Positions 38,524-49,630 are shown, numbered from the stretch's first letter. The stretch: 64,000 bases of DNA from an uncultured Gemmatimonadales bacterium (GCA_963783305.1 CAWAMW010000017.1:320001-384000); one strand, 5' to 3'. Numbers and translations are program-made. The notes: a model not told the origin generated them from the letters alone.

Positions 38524-40866
38524 ATGACGATGACGAAGCTGCCCATGACGTACGACCGCTCCCGCGCCGCGCTGCTCGCGCTGGCGACCCTGTTCGCCGC
38601 CGCCTGCGCCGCGGGCCCCGAGACCGTACCGGTCCAGCCGACGCCGGCCACCCAGCCCGCCCAGCCGCAACAGGCGCCAACGATCGGCTCCGTCCAGGAG
38701 GCGCTCCAGCTCTCCGGGCGGCTCGCCGGTGCGGGCGCGCCGCGGAGCCTGAACTGGATCGACCAGGGGGAGCGGTTCACGTACACGAGCACGAACCCGG
38801 AGACGCGGTCGCCGGAGATCCGGCGGTACGACCCGAAGAACCTGAGCGACGAGTTGCTGTTCGACCCGCGGGCGCTGACGCTGCCGGGTACGGCGGAGCC
38901 GCTGCGCTACCGGTCGTTCGAATGGGGTCGGACGTCGGAGCACCTGGTGTTCCAGACGGACTTCCGGCCGATCTACCGGAACTCGGGCGTGGCGGACTTC
39001 TACGTGTTCGGCGTGGCGGACGAGTCGCTGGTGCTGGCGGCGGATGACGCGCGGACGGCGGAGCTGTCGCCTGATGGCGGGCTGCTGGGGTACGAGCGGG
39101 AGGGCGACCTGTTCGTCTGGGACATGGCCGCGGGTGCGGAGCGTCGTCTGACGAACACGGGGAGCGAGAACGTCTGGAACGGCGTCTTCGACTGGGTCTA
39201 CGAGGAGGAGTTCGGTCAGGCGCAGGCGTGGAAGTGGAGCCCGGACGGCGAGCGGATCGCGTACTGGCAGACGCAGGTCGCGGATGTCCCGACGATCCAG
39301 ATCACGGACTGGGAGGGGCAGTACCCGGACTGGACGGTGATGCCGTACCCGAAGGTGGGGCAGCCCAATTCGGTGGTCCGGATCGGCGTGGTAGACGCGG
39401 CGTCGGCGGAGACGCGGTGGATGGAGATGAGCCAGGAAGAGGCGTACTACGTCCCGCGCATCTACTGGACGGCCGACCCCAACACGCTGGCCGTGGTCAC
39501 GCTGAACCGGCTCCAGAACCACCTCCGGCTCTTCTTCTTCGACGTGCGGAGCGGGGAGCGACGGCTGGTCATGGAGGAGACGACCGACACGTGGATCGAC
39601 GTGTACGACTTCTTCGCCGGCGTGGACGACTACTTCTACTTCCCCGAGGGCGTGCGCGAGTTCTTCTGGATCAGCGACCGCGACGGCTGGAACCACCTCT
39701 ACCGCTACAGCTACGACGGCGAGCTGCTGAACCAGGTGACGGAGGGCGACTGGGTGGTGACGCGCGTGGAGGGGATCGATGCCGACGGTCGTACGATCTA
39801 CTACGCGGGCACCGAGGAGAGCCCGCTCCAGCGGCACCTGTACGCCATCGGGTTCGACGGCTCCGGGAAGCGGCGGCTGACGCCGGAGGCGGGGACGCAT
39901 AACATCGCCATGTCGCCGAACGCCCGGTACTACGTGGACACGTGGTCGAGCACGACGTCGCCGCGGAAGGTGGAGCTGTGGTCCACGGGCGGCGGCAGCG
40001 GCGACGCGTCGCTGCTGGAGACCCTCGAGGGGAACGAGGAGGTGCTGCCGTTCGCCGAGTCCATCGACTACTCCCCCATGGAGCTGTTCGACTTCACCAC
40101 GAGCGACGGGCAGCGGCTGGACGGCTCCATGATCCGCCCGCCGGACTTCGACGCGAGCCGGCAGTACCCGGTCGTGCTCGCCATCTACGGCGGCCCCGGC
40201 TCGCAGCAGGTCTACGACGCGTGGAGCTCGAACGGGTGGCACCAGTACCTGGCGCAGCACGGCTACATCGTGGTGGGTCTGAACAACCGCGGGTCGGGCA
40301 ACTACGGCCGTGACTTCATGGAGGTCGTCTACGGCGAGATGGGGAAGTGGGAGGCGCTGGACTTCGCGGAGGTCGGGAAATGGCTCGCGAGCCAGCCGTG
40401 GGTGGATGGCGACCGGATGGCGATCCACGGCACGAGCTACGGCGGGTTCATGACCATCAGCACGCTGGTGCGGCACCCGGGCATCTACGCGCTCGGGATG
40501 GCGAACTCTCCGGTCACCGACTGGAAGCTCTACGACACGATCTACACCGAGCGCTACATGGGGCTGTTGCCGGACAACGCGGCCGGCTACGAGGCCACGT
40601 CCACGCTCCCGCGCGCGGGCAACCTCCAGGACTACCTGCTCCTGATCCACTCGGGGATGGACGAGAACGTGCACCCGCAGAACACCATGCAGCTGCTGAC
40701 GGCGCTGGCGAAGGCCGGCAAGGACGCGGAGCTCCGGTTCTACCCGCCGGGCGCCCATGGCGCGGCGTTCGACATGACGTCCTACGTGACCATGACGGAG
40801 GTGTACACGAACACGCTGTGCGAGCACATCGCGACGCAGTGCGTGCCGGAGAACCTCAACCAGTAG
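38524..40866 (+). CDS. S9B dipeptidyl-peptidase IV family lipoprotein
   Basis: DWVYEEEF, YPKVG, YGGPGSQ, GTSYGG, DENVH, HG catalytic residues. Confidence 0.95.
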   Translation: MTMTKLPMTYDRSRAALLALATLFAAACAAGPETVPVQPTPATQPAQPQQAPTIGSVQEALQLSGRLAGAGAPRSLNWIDQGERFTYTSTNPETRSPEIRRYDPKNLSDELLFDPRALTLPGTAEPLRYRSFEWGRTSEHLVFQTDFRPIYRNSGVADFYVFGVADESLVLAADDARTAELSPDGGLLGYEREGDLFVWDMAAGAERRLTNTGSENVWNGVFDWVYEEEFGQAQAWKWSPDGERIAYWQTQVADVPTIQITDWEGQYPDWTVMPYPKVGQPNSVVRIGVVDAASAETRWMEMSQEEAYYVPRIYWTADPNTLAVVTLNRLQNHLRLFFFDVRSGERRLVMEETTDTWIDVYDFFAGVDDYFYFPEGVREFFWISDRDGWNHLYRYSYDGELLNQVTEGDWVVTRVEGIDADGRTIYYAGTEESPLQRHLYAIGFDGSGKRRLTPEAGTHNIAMSPNARYYVDTWSSTTSPRKVELWSTGGGSGDASLLETLEGNEEVLPFAESIDYSPMELFDFTTSDGQRLDGSMIRPPDFDASRQYPVVLAIYGGPGSQQVYDAWSSNGWHQYLAQHGYIVVGLNNRGSGNYGRDFMEVVYGEMGKWEALDFAEVGKWLASQPWVDGDRMAIHGTSYGGFMTISTLVRHPGIYALGMANSPVTDWKLYDTIYTERYMGLLPDNAAGYEATSTLPRAGNLQDYLLLIHSGMDENVHPQNTMQLLTALAKAGKDAELRFYPPGAHGAAFDMTSYVTMTEVYTNTLCEHIATQCVPENLNQ

Positions 40867-40890
40867 TGTGGCCGAGGGGAACAGAAGAAA

Positions 40891-41058
40891 TTCTTGACAC
40901 GAAGGGCTCGAAGGGACGAAGGCCTCGAAGAACAGCGAAAAAAAATTAAAAGATTTTGATCCGGGGAGCTTCGGGATCCCGGCGCGCGGCCGGTGCCTCG
41001 TAGCCTGCTGGGGTCAGCAGTACTTCGAGACCTTCGAAACTTCGAGCCCTTCGTGTCA
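40891..41058. repeat. Intergenic palindromic (REP/MITE-like) element
   Basis: TGACACGAAGGGCTCGAAG (40895-40913) and its perfect reverse complement (41040-41058). Confidence 0.8.
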
Positions 41059-41080
41059 CGCTTTTGAAAAGAGGACCACG

Positions 41081-43156
41081 ATGACCCGCGACTTCGACAA
41101 CATCTACACCCACGGCTTCGTCCGCGCCGCGGTCTGCGTTCCGCACATCCGGATCGCGGACCCGGCGCACAACGTCGAGGCCACGCTGGCGATGGCGCGG
41201 AAGGCGGACGCGCGGCAGGCGGGGATCGCGCTCTTCCCGGAGCTGGGGATCACGGGGTACAGCAACGACGACCTTTTCCAGCAGGACGCGCTGCTGGACG
41301 CGGCGGTGGACGCCATCGGGACGCTGGTGGAGGCGAGCGCGGAGCTGTGCCCGCTGCTGCTGGTGGGCGCGCCGCTCCGGTTCGAGGGGAAGCTCTTCAA
41401 CTGCGCGCTGGTGATCCATCGGGGTGAGCTGCTGGGGATCGTGCCGAAGACGTACATCCCGAACTACCGTGAGTTCTACGAGAAGCGGCAGTTCACGTCG
41501 GGGCGGGACGCGGTGTCGCGGCACGTGTCGCTCCTGGGCCGGCGGGTGCCGTTCGGCCGGGACCTGATCTTCGACGCCAACGACCTCGCCGGTCTCTCGC
41601 TGCACGTGGAGATCTGCGAGGACCTGTGGGCGCCGGTCCCGCCGAGCACGTACGCGGCGCTGGCGGGCGCCACGGTGCTGGCGAACCTGTCGGCGAGCAA
41701 CATCATCATCGGGAAGGCGGAGTACCGGAAGGACCTGTGCGCGGCGCAGAGCGGGAAGTGCATCGCGGCCTACATGTACGCGGCCGCCGGCCCCGGGGAG
41801 TCCACGACGGACCTGGCGTGGGACGGTCACGCGCTCATCTACGAGAACAACGAGCTGCTGGCGGAGGGGGAGCGGTTCAGCGACGAGCCGCACGTCCTCA
41901 TCGCGGACCTGGACCTGGAGCGGCTGGCGCAGGACCGGATGCGGATGACCACGTTCAACGACGCCGTGGGCGACCACCTCCAGGGCGTGCGCGAGATGCG
42001 TCGGGTGCCATTCACCTTCGACCCTCCCGCCGGCACGATCCCGCTCGAGCGTCCCCTCGACCGGTTCCCCTACGTCCCGAGCGAGGCGCGGGAGCGGGAC
42101 GCCCGCTGTTACGAGGCCTACAACATCCAGGTCCAGGGACTGACCCAGCGGCTCCGGGCCACGAAGATCGACAAGCTGGTGATCGGCGTCTCCGGCGGGC
42201 TCGACTCCACGCAGGCGCTCATCGTGGCCGCGCGGGCCATGGACCGGCTGGGCCTCCCCCGCTCCAACATCCTCGCCTACACCATGCCCGGCTTCGCCAC
42301 GAGTGAGTCGACGAAGTCGAACGCGTGGAAGCTGATGGAGTCGCTGGGCGTGAGCGCGGAGGAGATCGACATCCGGCCGTCGGCGCGGCAGATGCTGGAA
42401 GACATTGGCCACCCGTTCGCGCGTGGCGAGGAGGTGTACGACGTGACGTTCGAGAACGTGCAGGCGGGCGAGCGGACGTCGCACCTGTTCCGACTGGCGA
42501 ACCACCACGGCGGGCTGGTGCTGGGCACCGGCGACCTGAGCGAGCTGGCGCTCGGCTGGACGACGTACGGGGTGGGCGACCAGATGTCGCACTACAACGT
42601 GAACACGTCGGTTCCGAAGACGCTGATCCAGTATTTGATCCGGTGGGTGGTGGGCGAGGGGCTGTTCGACGACGCGACGAACGAAGTGCTCACGGCCATC
42701 GTGAACACGGAGATCTCGCCCGAGCTGGTGCCCGGTGCCCTGGAGGAGGGGGCGGAGGGCGATCACGCGGACGACGGTCCGTCGCAACGGACGGAGGAGA
42801 AGGTGGGGCCGTACGAGCTCCAGGACTTCCACCTCTATTTCGTGAGCCGCTACGGCTTCCGGCCCAGCAAGGTGGCGTTCCTGGCGCGCGCGGCGTGGAG
42901 CGACCGCGGACGCGGCCACTGGCCCGACACGATCCCGGAGGAGGGCCGGAACGAGTACGACCTGGCCACGATCAAGAAGTGGCTGGAAGTCTTCCTGTTC
43001 CGCTTCTTCCAGATCAGCCAGTTCAAGCGGAGCGCCATGCCGAACGGCCCGAAAGTGGGGTCGGGCGGGTCGCTGAGCCCGCGTGGCGACTGGCGTGCAC
43101 CCAGCGATGCGAGCGCAACGCCGTGGCTGGAGGAGCTGCGGCGGAACGTGCCGTGA
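41081..43156 (+). CDS. nadE: Glutamine-dependent NAD+ synthetase
   Basis: Nitrilase domain ([19 protein letters not shown]) plus [17 protein letters not shown]. Confidence 0.96.
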   Translation: MTRDFDNIYTHGFVRAAVCVPHIRIADPAHNVEATLAMARKADARQAGIALFPELGITGYSNDDLFQQDALLDAAVDAIGTLVEASAELCPLLLVGAPLRFEGKLFNCALVIHRGELLGIVPKTYIPNYREFYEKRQFTSGRDAVSRHVSLLGRRVPFGRDLIFDANDLAGLSLHVEICEDLWAPVPPSTYAALAGATVLANLSASNIIIGKAEYRKDLCAAQSGKCIAAYMYAAAGPGESTTDLAWDGHALIYENNELLAEGERFSDEPHVLIADLDLERLAQDRMRMTTFNDAVGDHLQGVREMRRVPFTFDPPAGTIPLERPLDRFPYVPSEARERDARCYEAYNIQVQGLTQRLRATKIDKLVIGVSGGLDSTQALIVAARAMDRLGLPRSNILAYTMPGFATSESTKSNAWKLMESLGVSAEEIDIRPSARQMLEDIGHPFARGEEVYDVTFENVQAGERTSHLFRLANHHGGLVLGTGDLSELALGWTTYGVGDQMSHYNVNTSVPKTLIQYLIRWVVGEGLFDDATNEVLTAIVNTEISPELVPGALEEGAEGDHADDGPSQRTEEKVGPYELQDFHLYFVSRYGFRPSKVAFLARAAWSDRGRGHWPDTIPEEGRNEYDLATIKKWLEVFLFRFFQISQFKRSAMPNGPKVGSGGSLSPRGDWRAPSDASATPWLEELRRNVP

Positions 43157-43270
43157 GCAGGAGGCAGGAGTAGGAGGCTGGAGTAGGAGGCAGGAGTAGG
43201 AGGCAGGAGTAGGAGGCCGCCCGGAAGATCCTACTCCTACTCCTACTCCTACTCCTGCCTCCTGCCTCCT
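43157..43270. terminator. Hairpin made of short tandem repeats between convergent genes
   Basis: About four AGGAGGCAGGAGT units facing CCTACT x4 and CCTGCCT x2. Confidence 0.6.
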
Positions 43271-45515
43271 AGAGGAAGGACCAGAGCGACGGGTCCACGG
43301 AGAGGATGACCACGCCGTCCCAGCGGTCGGTGCGGAGCGCGTAATCGAGGCGGATGACGTCGTGGAGCAGCCCCAGCCCGACACCCACGGAGGCGCGGGG
43401 CGAGCCGGTGTGGCGCGGGATCCATGGCTCGAGCTCCCCGGTCGCGGGCGCCGGGCCGCCATCGCCGTCGAAGGAGGACGGAACGGGCACCGGGCCGCCG
43501 GCGGTCCAGCCGATGGCGCCGAGCCCCCTCACGCGCAGCGCGCCGGGGACGATCGTCCGCCAGAGCGTCACGTCGGCCCAGGCCGCCTGCGCGCCGACAT
43601 AGGCGTGGAAGGGATGACCCGGCAGGGTGTTCGGACCGCCGATGTACCAGAGCTGGTGCGGCGCCAGGGGCCCCGCGCTCACCGCGGCCGTGAGGCGGAG
43701 GTCGGCACCGGCGCTGCGCGCGCCGTCCGTCCAGCCCCATTCCGCGTCCAGCCGGCCCCGGAGGAACTCCCGCGGCTGATCGTCGGAGTCTCCGGAGAAC
43801 ACGCCCACCTGCAGGCTCGGGCGCAGCGACACCCTGGCCGGTCCCAGGGGGCGACCCCCTTCCCGGCTCCAGGCCGCGGCGATCTCGGTCCCGCTCTCCG
43901 CGGCCGGCACCGGGCGGAAGAGGCGTTCCTCGTCGCCGGGGGCGTGGGTGCGAGCCTGCTCGGCACGCTCCACGTACTCGACGCTGAGCTCCACGGCGGT
44001 CCGGCTCCGGCCCGCACCCCAGCGTCGGGCCATCGTGCCACCCGACGCCAGGACGAAGTCGCGGTAGTCACGGCCGAGCGCGGCCGCCGAAATGGAGGAC
44101 AGCACACCGGCTGTGGCGGGCCTCAAGCCCAGCGCGCGTGGCCGGTTCAGGTAGGCCTCGGCGAAGAGGCGTGGGCGCGTATCGGGTCCGGCGGGGCGCC
44201 AGCCGATGCGACCCAGGGGCTCTCCGCTTCCCCACGCCCAGCCGCCGTACACGTACGCCTGGGACCGGCCGACCCCGAACGTGAGGCCGGCGCCGGTGAC
44301 GAGCCCCTCGGCCCGGTCGAACCGCACTACGTCGGAGGCGGACGGCGCGAAGAAGCGCGTGCGCGGCACGCCGCGCAGGAAACGTTCTCGCAGGATGCGG
44401 CCGGTGATGGCATCCACGTCCACATCGTCCAGCGTGCCGGGCTCTGCTCCCTCGAGCCCCACGCTCGCGAACCCGTCATAGAGTCCCTCCTCGAACTCGT
44501 ACTCCGCGAGCCGCTCGGGGCCAGCGGCCACGGCCACGGCGGGGCCGCGAAAGAACGTGGGCGGCAGGTCGGGATTCAGATCATAGTTCTGCACGCGGAG
44601 CGCACCGCGGATGACGGTTCCCACGTCCAGGTCGATCTCGGGGATCTCGCGCCTCACCAGCAGGCGCTGCTCCCGCGGCAGCCAGTACTTCCCTTCCCAG
44701 AGGGCGTTCTCCAGCATCACCTCCACCCGCTCGTTGCGGGGGTCGCGGTAGGAGGCGGGGGTGAAGGTGAAGGCGAGGCGGACCAGGTCGCCGCGCGCAC
44801 GCTCGAGGTAGAGAGAGCCCACGAACCCGGGCAGCGAGAAGTCGCGGGGCCGCACCTGGATCTCGTACACGCGGATGGGGTCCGGCTGCCCCGGGAGCCG
44901 GATCGTGGTGGAGTCGCCGAGCCGGAAGTCGTAGAAGATGCGACCCTCGGCGGCAAGCGGGTGGATGACGTTCCGCACGTCCCGCCCCTCGCCCACCCGG
45001 ATCACGTCATCGAAGCCGTTCTGGATGACCGTGTAGCGATCGAGATAGTAGCGGAAATCCTTGATCGGGAACTCCTCCGCCGATCGCATTCCCCGGATCA
45101 CCTGCTTCACCCGGTCCGGTTCAGCCCAGTAGAGGTCGAGGGCCACCTGGTCGGCCCGGAGCAGCACGGGCTCCGGGTCGTCCTCCCGGTCAATGAAGAA
45201 GTAGATGTGGCCGGTGACATCGGCGCGGTAGCTCCGGAGCGAGGAGTCGGCCACCGGCTGCCGCCTGCGGGTGCGCGCGAGCGCCACGAGCTCCAGCGCA
45301 CGCGGTCCGTTCCAGCCACTCGGGCCCGCGGGGAGCGGCGCGATCCGGCTGGTGTCCTGGGCGGAGAGGGGCGTTGGAGCGGCGGCACCCGCCAGAGAGA
45401 TCACCAGCAACGCAGCGGACGCCAGGGTGGGGCGCAGGCGGTCACCGGGGCGGCGGAGGCGCTGCAGGAGAAGCTGCCGGAGAGGCTCGGGTGCGCGCGG
45501 CTGCGGTCGTCGCAT
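43269..45515 (-). CDS. Secreted/outer-membrane hypothetical protein with beta-barrel-like C-terminus
   Basis: Signal-like N-terminus; ends ASVGVGLGLLHDVIRLDYA...LWSFL. Confidence 0.7.
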   Translation of the reverse strand: MRRPQPRAPEPLRQLLLQRLRRPGDRLRPTLASAALLVISLAGAAAPTPLSAQDTSRIAPLPAGPSGWNGPRALELVALARTRRRQPVADSSLRSYRADVTGHIYFFIDREDDPEPVLLRADQVALDLYWAEPDRVKQVIRGMRSAEEFPIKDFRYYLDRYTVIQNGFDDVIRVGEGRDVRNVIHPLAAEGRIFYDFRLGDSTTIRLPGQPDPIRVYEIQVRPRDFSLPGFVGSLYLERARGDLVRLAFTFTPASYRDPRNERVEVMLENALWEGKYWLPREQRLLVRREIPEIDLDVGTVIRGALRVQNYDLNPDLPPTFFRGPAVAVAAGPERLAEYEFEEGLYDGFASVGLEGAEPGTLDDVDVDAITGRILRERFLRGVPRTRFFAPSASDVVRFDRAEGLVTGAGLTFGVGRSQAYVYGGWAWGSGEPLGRIGWRPAGPDTRPRLFAEAYLNRPRALGLRPATAGVLSSISAAALGRDYRDFVLASGGTMARRWGAGRSRTAVELSVEYVERAEQARTHAPGDEERLFRPVPAAESGTEIAAAWSREGGRPLGPARVSLRPSLQVGVFSGDSDDQPREFLRGRLDAEWGWTDGARSAGADLRLTAAVSAGPLAPHQLWYIGGPNTLPGHPFHAYVGAQAAWADVTLWRTIVPGALRVRGLGAIGWTAGGPVPVPSSFDGDGGPAPATGELEPWIPRHTGSPRASVGVGLGLLHDVIRLDYALRTDRWDGVVILSVDPSLWSFL

Positions 45516-45517
45516 GG

Positions 45518-46327
45518 TCAGCCTCGCTGGAAGATGCGGCTCCACACCCCGGCGGCGAAAAACAGGGCCGCGGCCAGGAGGACGATGGCGGCACCCGACG
45601 GCAGGTTGACGAGCCACGCGATCCAGAGGCCGCCCACCACGGAGATGAGGGCGAAGGCGATGGACAGGACGAGCATGCTACGGACGCCGGGCGCCAGCAG
45701 CTGAGCGGTGGCGGCCGGGATCACCAGAAAGGCGGAAACCAACACGATCCCCACCACCTTGATGGCGGAGACAATGGTGACCGCCAGGAGTGTGAGGAGC
45801 AGGTAGCGGAGACGAGCGGCGGGGAGCCCGGCCGCGCGAGCCGTCTCCTCGTCCACGCTGACGAAGAGGAGCTCCTTGAAGAAGAAGGTGGTGACCAGGA
45901 GTACGCCGCCCACGAGGATGCCGGCGAAGACCAGGTCCTGGTGCCCCACCAGGAGGATATTGCCGAAGAGGTACCCCAGGAGGTCCTGCCGATAGTCGGG
46001 GGTGCCGGCCATGAGCGCCACACCCAGCGCCATGGCGGTGGGAAAGAAGATGCCGATAGCGGTCTCCTCGGAGAGCTTGCCACGTCCGGTGGTGGCCCCG
46101 ATCAACCACGCCACGGCGACGGAGAACCCGAGCGCGGCGACGAGCGGGTTTATGCCCAGGAGGACTCCGAGGGCCACGCCGCCCAGGGCGGCGTGGGATA
46201 TCCCCACACCGACGAAGGCCATGCGTCGGAGCACGACGAAGAACGCGAGCACCGCGCAGCCCAGGCCGATGATGAGGCCGGCAAGGAGGGCGCGCTGCCC
46301 GAACTCGTAGGAGAGGAACTCGATCAC
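45518..46327 (-). CDS. Zn/Mn ABC transporter permease (ZnuB-like)
   Basis: VVLRRMAFVGVGISHAALGG, YLFGNIL, VVGIVLV. Confidence 0.92.
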   Translation of the reverse strand: MIEFLSYEFGQRALLAGLIIGLGCAVLAFFVVLRRMAFVGVGISHAALGGVALGVLLGINPLVAALGFSVAVAWLIGATTGRGKLSEETAIGIFFPTAMALGVALMAGTPDYRQDLLGYLFGNILLVGHQDLVFAGILVGGVLLVTTFFFKELLFVSVDEETARAAGLPAARLRYLLLTLLAVTIVSAIKVVGIVLVSAFLVIPAATAQLLAPGVRSMLVLSIAFALISVVGGLWIAWLVNLPSGAAIVLLAAALFFAAGVWSRIFQRG

Positions 46328-47103
46328 TGGGCGTGCCGATGGACGTGGCCGTGCGGGAAGTCGTACACCTGGTCCAGCGTCTCGGACTGGAGCACCTGGG
46401 CGGGGGTACCCATGGCGCGTACAGTCCGGTCCACGAGCAGCACGGTGTCGGCGTGGCGGGCCACGACCTCTACGTCATGGGAAGCGGCCATGAGGGTGAT
46501 CCCCTCCGTGCGCTGGAGGGTGCAGCAGGTGTCGTAGAAGCGGGCCTGGGCGGCGGGGTCCAGACCGGCGGTGGGCTCGTCGAGGAGCAGGAGCCGCGGC
46601 TCTGCCACCAGTGCCCGGGCGATGAGGGCGCGCCGCTGCTGGCCGCCCGAAAGCTCACCAAAGCGCCGATCGGCGGACGGCCCCAGGTCCACGCGCTCGA
46701 GGGCGCGGTGCGCCGCCGCCCGGTCCTTCGCCCCGGGACGCCGCCCCCAGCCGACATGCGGGTAGCGTCCCATGATCACCACGTCCTGGACCGAGAGCGG
46801 GAACTCCTGCGGGACGCCGGTGGTCTGCGGGACGTACCCGATCCTGTGTCCCCGCGAGCCCGGGCTCTGGCCCAGGACCCGGATCACGCCGGAGCGCGGC
46901 TTCCGCAGGCCCAGGAGCAGCCGGAGGATGGTGGTCTTGCCCGCACCGTTGGGGCCGATGAGGGCGGTGAAGGTCCCCTCCCTCACGTCGAAGCTCACGT
47001 CCTCCAGCACCTGACTGCGCCCGTAGCGAAATGACACCCCGTCGAAGACGATGGCCATGGCCCCGTCCGCGCGGCTCCCGCCGTCGTTCTCGGGCCGCGC
47101 CAT
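46324..47103 (-). CDS. Zn/Mn ABC transporter ATPase (ZnuC-like)
   Basis: GPNGAGKT, LSGGQ, LLLLDEP, His-rich tail. Confidence 0.92.
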   Translation of the reverse strand: MARPENDGGSRADGAMAIVFDGVSFRYGRSQVLEDVSFDVREGTFTALIGPNGAGKTTILRLLLGLRKPRSGVIRVLGQSPGSRGHRIGYVPQTTGVPQEFPLSVQDVVIMGRYPHVGWGRRPGAKDRAAAHRALERVDLGPSADRRFGELSGGQQRRALIARALVAEPRLLLLDEPTAGLDPAAQARFYDTCCTLQRTEGITLMAASHDVEVVARHADTVLLVDRTVRAMGTPAQVLQSETLDQVYDFPHGHVHRHAQ

Positions 47104-47959
47104 CACTTCGCCGCTCCGAGGGCGCGGGCGAAGGCACGAGCGTTGAAGCGCATGAGCGAGAGATAGTCTTCGCGGCCGGGCATCGACGCGCCGCCCACGG
47201 GATCGGCGACCTCGACGCGCGCGCGCAACTCGCTGGCCAGGGCGTCCACACCGCCGCGGCCCAGCTGCGGCTCGGCGATCACGGCGGACACCTGCCGGGC
47301 CCGCGCCTCGTCCACCAGCCGCGCCAGCGCCCGGGTGGCGATCTCGCGGCCGGGCGCAGCGTGCACCACCCCCGCGGGGATCAGGTCATAGCGCTCGGCG
47401 AAGTACACCCACGCCGGGTGTGCGGAGACGAAGCGGCGGGAGGGCGCGTGGGCGAGCATGGCGCGGATCTCCGCGTCCAGCGCGGTGAGGGAGTCGGCGT
47501 ACGCCGCAGCGCGGCCGCGGATCGCGGCGGCGGAATCGGGCTCGAGCTGCACGAGCGCCTCCGTCAGCGCGGGAGCAGGATGTCACGAACGCGGATCGGA
47601 TCGAGCCAGACGTGGGGGTTGTCGGCCACGAGCTCCATCCCCTCTGTGAACACTACCGTGGGGATCCCGGTGGGCGCGCCGACCCAGGCGTCGGCGGCGC
47701 CACCGGCACGCACCAGCAGGTCGGCGGCCGCGATCGCCTCGGCGTCGCGAGGAGTCGCTTCGTACGTGTCGGGATGCGCACCCGGCGGCAGCAGCGTGTG
47801 GACGCTGACGTGCGCCCCCGCGACTGCCTGGACCACGCTCGCCAGCGGGTGGAGCGTGGCCACGACGGCCGGACCGGTAGCGGTTTCGGCGGGAAGATCA
47901 TCCCTTCCACAGGCCGTCAGCAGGGCCGGAAGCAGAAGGATCAGCGCTAGAATTCGCAT
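47103..47959 (-). CDS. Zn/Mn ABC substrate-binding lipoprotein (ZnuA-like); 1-nt frameshift at about 47572
   Basis: LTAC lipobox, HPDTYE, NPHVWLDP, then in another frame ALTEALVQLEP...SAHPAWVYFAERY. Confidence 0.85.
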
Positions 47960-48189
47960 GCGTGGTGATGATAGACGTCGTGACACCCACGGGGAAGCCC
48001 TTGCCGGAACGCCTCCGAACCCGGACTTTTCAGGCGCATGTCAGATGTACCCCCCCAACACCGTCACAACCAGGAGGCAGTAATGGGTCGATTCCCACTG
48101 CGACCCCTCGCACTCGGGCTGATGATAGCCGGGAGCGCTTCTCCCGCGTTCGCCCAGGTTTCCAGCGTTTACAACCTGAAGGAGATGCC

Positions 48190-49584
48190 ATGAGACGACG
48201 TCTCGTCCTCGCGAGTGCCGCGCTCGTTGCGGCCACCCTCGCCTCCTCGCCCGCGTCCGGGCAGGGGTCGGCGGTCATGACCCACAGCTCGTGCGCGACG
48301 GCCCTGGGTGGCGCGGGGGTCGCGTCCCCGTGCGACGACGGGTCGGCAGTGCTGTTCAGTCCGGCGGCGATTGCGACCCAGCCGGGCGTGGTGGGCGCAG
48401 GGCTGACGGCCATCACGTCGGATGGCGCGTTCACGTACGACTACACGGGCGAGCGGATCGAGCGGGAGCAGGCCACCACGCCCGTGCCGTTCGGGTTCGC
48501 GACGTACCGCTTCGGCGAGCGGCTCGCGGCGGGGATCGGGGTCTTCGCGCCGTACGGGCTGGGGCTGGACTGGCCGGATACGTTCGAGGGCCGGTACAGC
48601 AGCTACGACACCGCGCTGCGGAACATCTACATCCAGCCCACGCTCGCCTACCGCGTCAGCGACATGTTGGCGGTGGGGGCCGGCGTGGACTACGTGCGGG
48701 CGTCCATCGACATCAACCAGCGGGCTGACCTGGCGACGACGGGGGTCCCCGGCGCTCCGGCCGGGATCACGTTCGGGAACCTGGGCGTCCCGCTCATGAC
48801 CGACTTCGCCGACATCGGCCTCTCGGGCGACGGGACCGGGTTCGGCTTCAACGCCGGCGCCGTCCTGGAGTTGTCGCGCTTCTCCCTCGGCGTGCGCTAC
48901 ATGAGCGAGGTCGAGATCGACTACTCGGGCACGGCCGAGTTCCGACAGATCCAGACGGGGCTCATCCTGCCAAACGGTGTGCCGGTGGATGCGGCTTTTC
49001 AGCCGCAGTTCCTCCCGGATTCGGCGCTGGCCACCCAGGGGATCGAGACGACGCTCACGCTCCCGGCCCAATTCGTCATCGGCGCGGCGGTGCGGCCGAT
49101 CGAGCGGTTGAAGCTCCAGGTCGACTACCAGTGGACCGAGTGGTCGGTGTTCGACGAGGCGGGGATCGATTTCGAGAACGCGACGGCCCAGGACCAGGTG
49201 CTGGTGCTGGACTACCAGAACGCCAGCACGTATCGCTACGGCGCCGAATTCGCCGCCACGGATGCGCTGGCGCTGCGCGCGGGGTTCATCTACAACACGG
49301 CGGCCGAGAAGGAGTTTTCCGTCACTCCGCTCCTCCCCGAGGCCGAGCGCAACTACTACTCGGTGGGGCTGGGCTACCGGTTCAACCGGGCGCTCGCGAT
49401 CGACGTGGGCTACCAGCTCGTCGACCAGTCTGACCGGCGCGGGCGCGTCCGTGGGCGGGCCCCCGGCCTGGACCCGTCGGACCCGGCCGACCTCGCCACC
49501 CTGCGCGCCCTGAACGTGGGAGTGTACGAGGCGGAGGCGAGCGTGCTGAATGCGACAGTGTCGTACCGCTTCGGCGTGCGCTGA
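48190..49584 (+). CDS. FadL/OmpP1 family outer-membrane transporter
   Basis: DGSAVLFSPA, APYGL, terminal VSYRF; AAGGAG RBS. Confidence 0.85.
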   Translation: MRRRLVLASAALVAATLASSPASGQGSAVMTHSSCATALGGAGVASPCDDGSAVLFSPAAIATQPGVVGAGLTAITSDGAFTYDYTGERIEREQATTPVPFGFATYRFGERLAAGIGVFAPYGLGLDWPDTFEGRYSSYDTALRNIYIQPTLAYRVSDMLAVGAGVDYVRASIDINQRADLATTGVPGAPAGITFGNLGVPLMTDFADIGLSGDGTGFGFNAGAVLELSRFSLGVRYMSEVEIDYSGTAEFRQIQTGLILPNGVPVDAAFQPQFLPDSALATQGIETTLTLPAQFVIGAAVRPIERLKLQVDYQWTEWSVFDEAGIDFENATAQDQVLVLDYQNASTYRYGAEFAATDALALRAGFIYNTAAEKEFSVTPLLPEAERNYYSVGLGYRFNRALAIDVGYQLVDQSDRRGRVRGRAPGLDPSDPADLATLRALNVGVYEAEASVLNATVSYRFGVR

Positions 49585-49630
49585 GCGCCGCCAAAGAGGT
49601 CCATCGATGATATCTACGGAGAGCCTTTCC

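Noticed and set aside
17744..43156. Functional link between the NAD-degrading RES toxin and nadE
   Set aside because: They are 23 kb apart, and nadE lies in core-like DNA with no shared regulatory evidence
43157..43270. Possible CRISPR array
   Set aside because: Units are 6-13 bp with no unique spacers and no cas genes
38206..43462. Long antisense or alternate-frame ORFs (38206..40827, 40946..43462; similarly 23774..26500, 35162..37051, 43362..45704)
   Set aside because: Arg/Pro/Gly-rich shadow ORFs expected in high-GC DNA overlapping well-supported genes
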